Positions 62,691 through 64,000 of a stretch of 64,000 bases of DNA are shown here, one piece after another; position 1 is the stretch's first letter; each line of letters starts with the position of its first letter. Source of the stretch: Octopus vulgaris (lineage: Eukaryota); contig OX597823.1 of assembly GCA_951406725.2 (NCBI GenBank), forward strand, positions 38,130,001 through 38,194,000, written 5' to 3'. The notes under the pieces were generated by a model. That model searched no databases and was not told where the DNA came from. It saw only the letters and a program-made list of their open reading frames with translations. The position numbers and the translations under genes were made by a program.

Positions 62691-62880
62691 TTTATTATTA
62701 TTATTATTATTGTTGTTGTTGTTGTTGTTGTTGTTCTTGTAGTCATTATTAACATTTTTATTTTTAGTTATTGAGGCAATAAGATGTGTTCTTATGAGTA
62801 GTGGAAATTTTGGATTTTAACTGGTGTGAATGAAATATCTCTTCAAAATTTTGGACGTTTATGAGTAAAAGACTGTCCAA

Positions 62881-62924
<44 letters not shown>

Positions 62925-63039
62925 ATGTGTTTGGTGTCTATAGCTGTCATTTTTTGGAGCAGACCTTAATTATTTACTTAACCAGACCTTCTACTGGTAA
63001 CATTCCAGTATTTATGATTATACCAGATATACACCTTCA

Positions 63040-64000
63040 GTGTATTTACTATTGCAAATACATTAATTAAACTATCAGAACTTACAGCATTTAGTATATC
63101 TTTTACAATAGTTAATATTATCAAGTCACTAAGTCGTTCTTGATTTATTGCAGCTTTCATGCATGTTAGAATTAATTCAGCTTGTTGAAGAACTCTTTCA
63201 CAACTGGTTACAAAAACCCTAAAATCTGCATTGCAGATTTTAAATTTGGTAAAACATTTTTATCGCATGAAATAATAAATGTTAGCAAATCAATTACATT
63301 GTTTGATTGAAGAAAATTGGTTCATGTTCTTCTACTTATTTACAGTCTACAGCTTTTTGTCTGTCTGTACACTCTTGGTCCAGTTATATCACTTAGTCAG
63401 TTTTTTACTAACTTAAAACATTTTTCATCACCAAAATTTCCTGAAACATTATTTTTCACATCTGGTAAAAATCCAAACTGTGAACCTAAATCTCATGAGA
63501 AAATCTTTCAGCTATTTTTGTAATCAGGTGATCAATAATATCCTTCATGATGTGACAAGTTTCCTGTTCAGCAGTCAATCCACCATCAGCTATATTTTTA
63601 CTATCAGCTATATTTTTACTTTGCATTAATTTACAATGTATTATTCTATTTTCATTAGTCAATCCCCATGTTTCACATTGATTCTTAGTCATTTTCAGTG
63701 CTTCTTGACAGAACTATGCATATGATTTTATCAATTTGGCTTTCAGACAGTCAAGATCAGGAATTGCTTCTCTAAAATTCATTTTTGGATCCTGAAGATG
63801 TTTCTGCAATTGATTGAGAAATGATAAAAGATTTCTCCAAAGATGCCAACTTCTGTGTAAGAATATTTTACAGAATATTATCTGCACTACATCTTGTTTC
63901 AATCATGTTTCGTTCTCAAAGTCCTCATAGTCATCCCATTTTCTAAAATTCTTTTGTGTACACTTACTACCACTCCACTTGTATTTTGATGTCACATTTG
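63040..64000 (-). mobile_element. Decayed hAT transposase (C-terminal dimerisation domain)
   Basis: The minus strand reads VTSCER../ELILTCMKAAINQERLSDLIILTI, similar to the hAT motif ERSFS.LK.IK..LRS.M.QERL..L.IL.I. Upstream: FLNQLQKHLQDPKMNFREA. Confidence 0.7.

Overview
This is AT-rich, repeat-saturated animal genomic DNA, most likely from an octopus. That assignment is inferred from the repeat complement: RTE LINEs with (GAT)n tails, several tRNA-derived SINE families and dense TA/CA/TACA/TAT microsatellites. No intact host protein-coding gene is evident, only one weak exon candidate near 31 kb. The window is a mosaic of decayed transposons: RTE LINEs (including a young tail-to-tail inverted pair), Penelope-like retroelements (PLEs) with GIY-YIG endonucleases, a rearranged Tc1, mariner, maT, hAT and Chapaev3 remnants, nested piggyBac-type MITEs, a Helitron, an RLE-type LINE fragment and a possible Polinton polB relic. 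The most notable hidden layer is a set of about 10 type I hammerhead-ribozyme-like motifs in PLE-derived termini. Two homologous copies show compensatory base changes, several carry a variant CCGAAGA core, several sit in fold-back palindromes, and one family has a tRNA-like Pol III head upstream of a minimal hammerhead. All calls were made by eye and boundaries are approximate unless stated.
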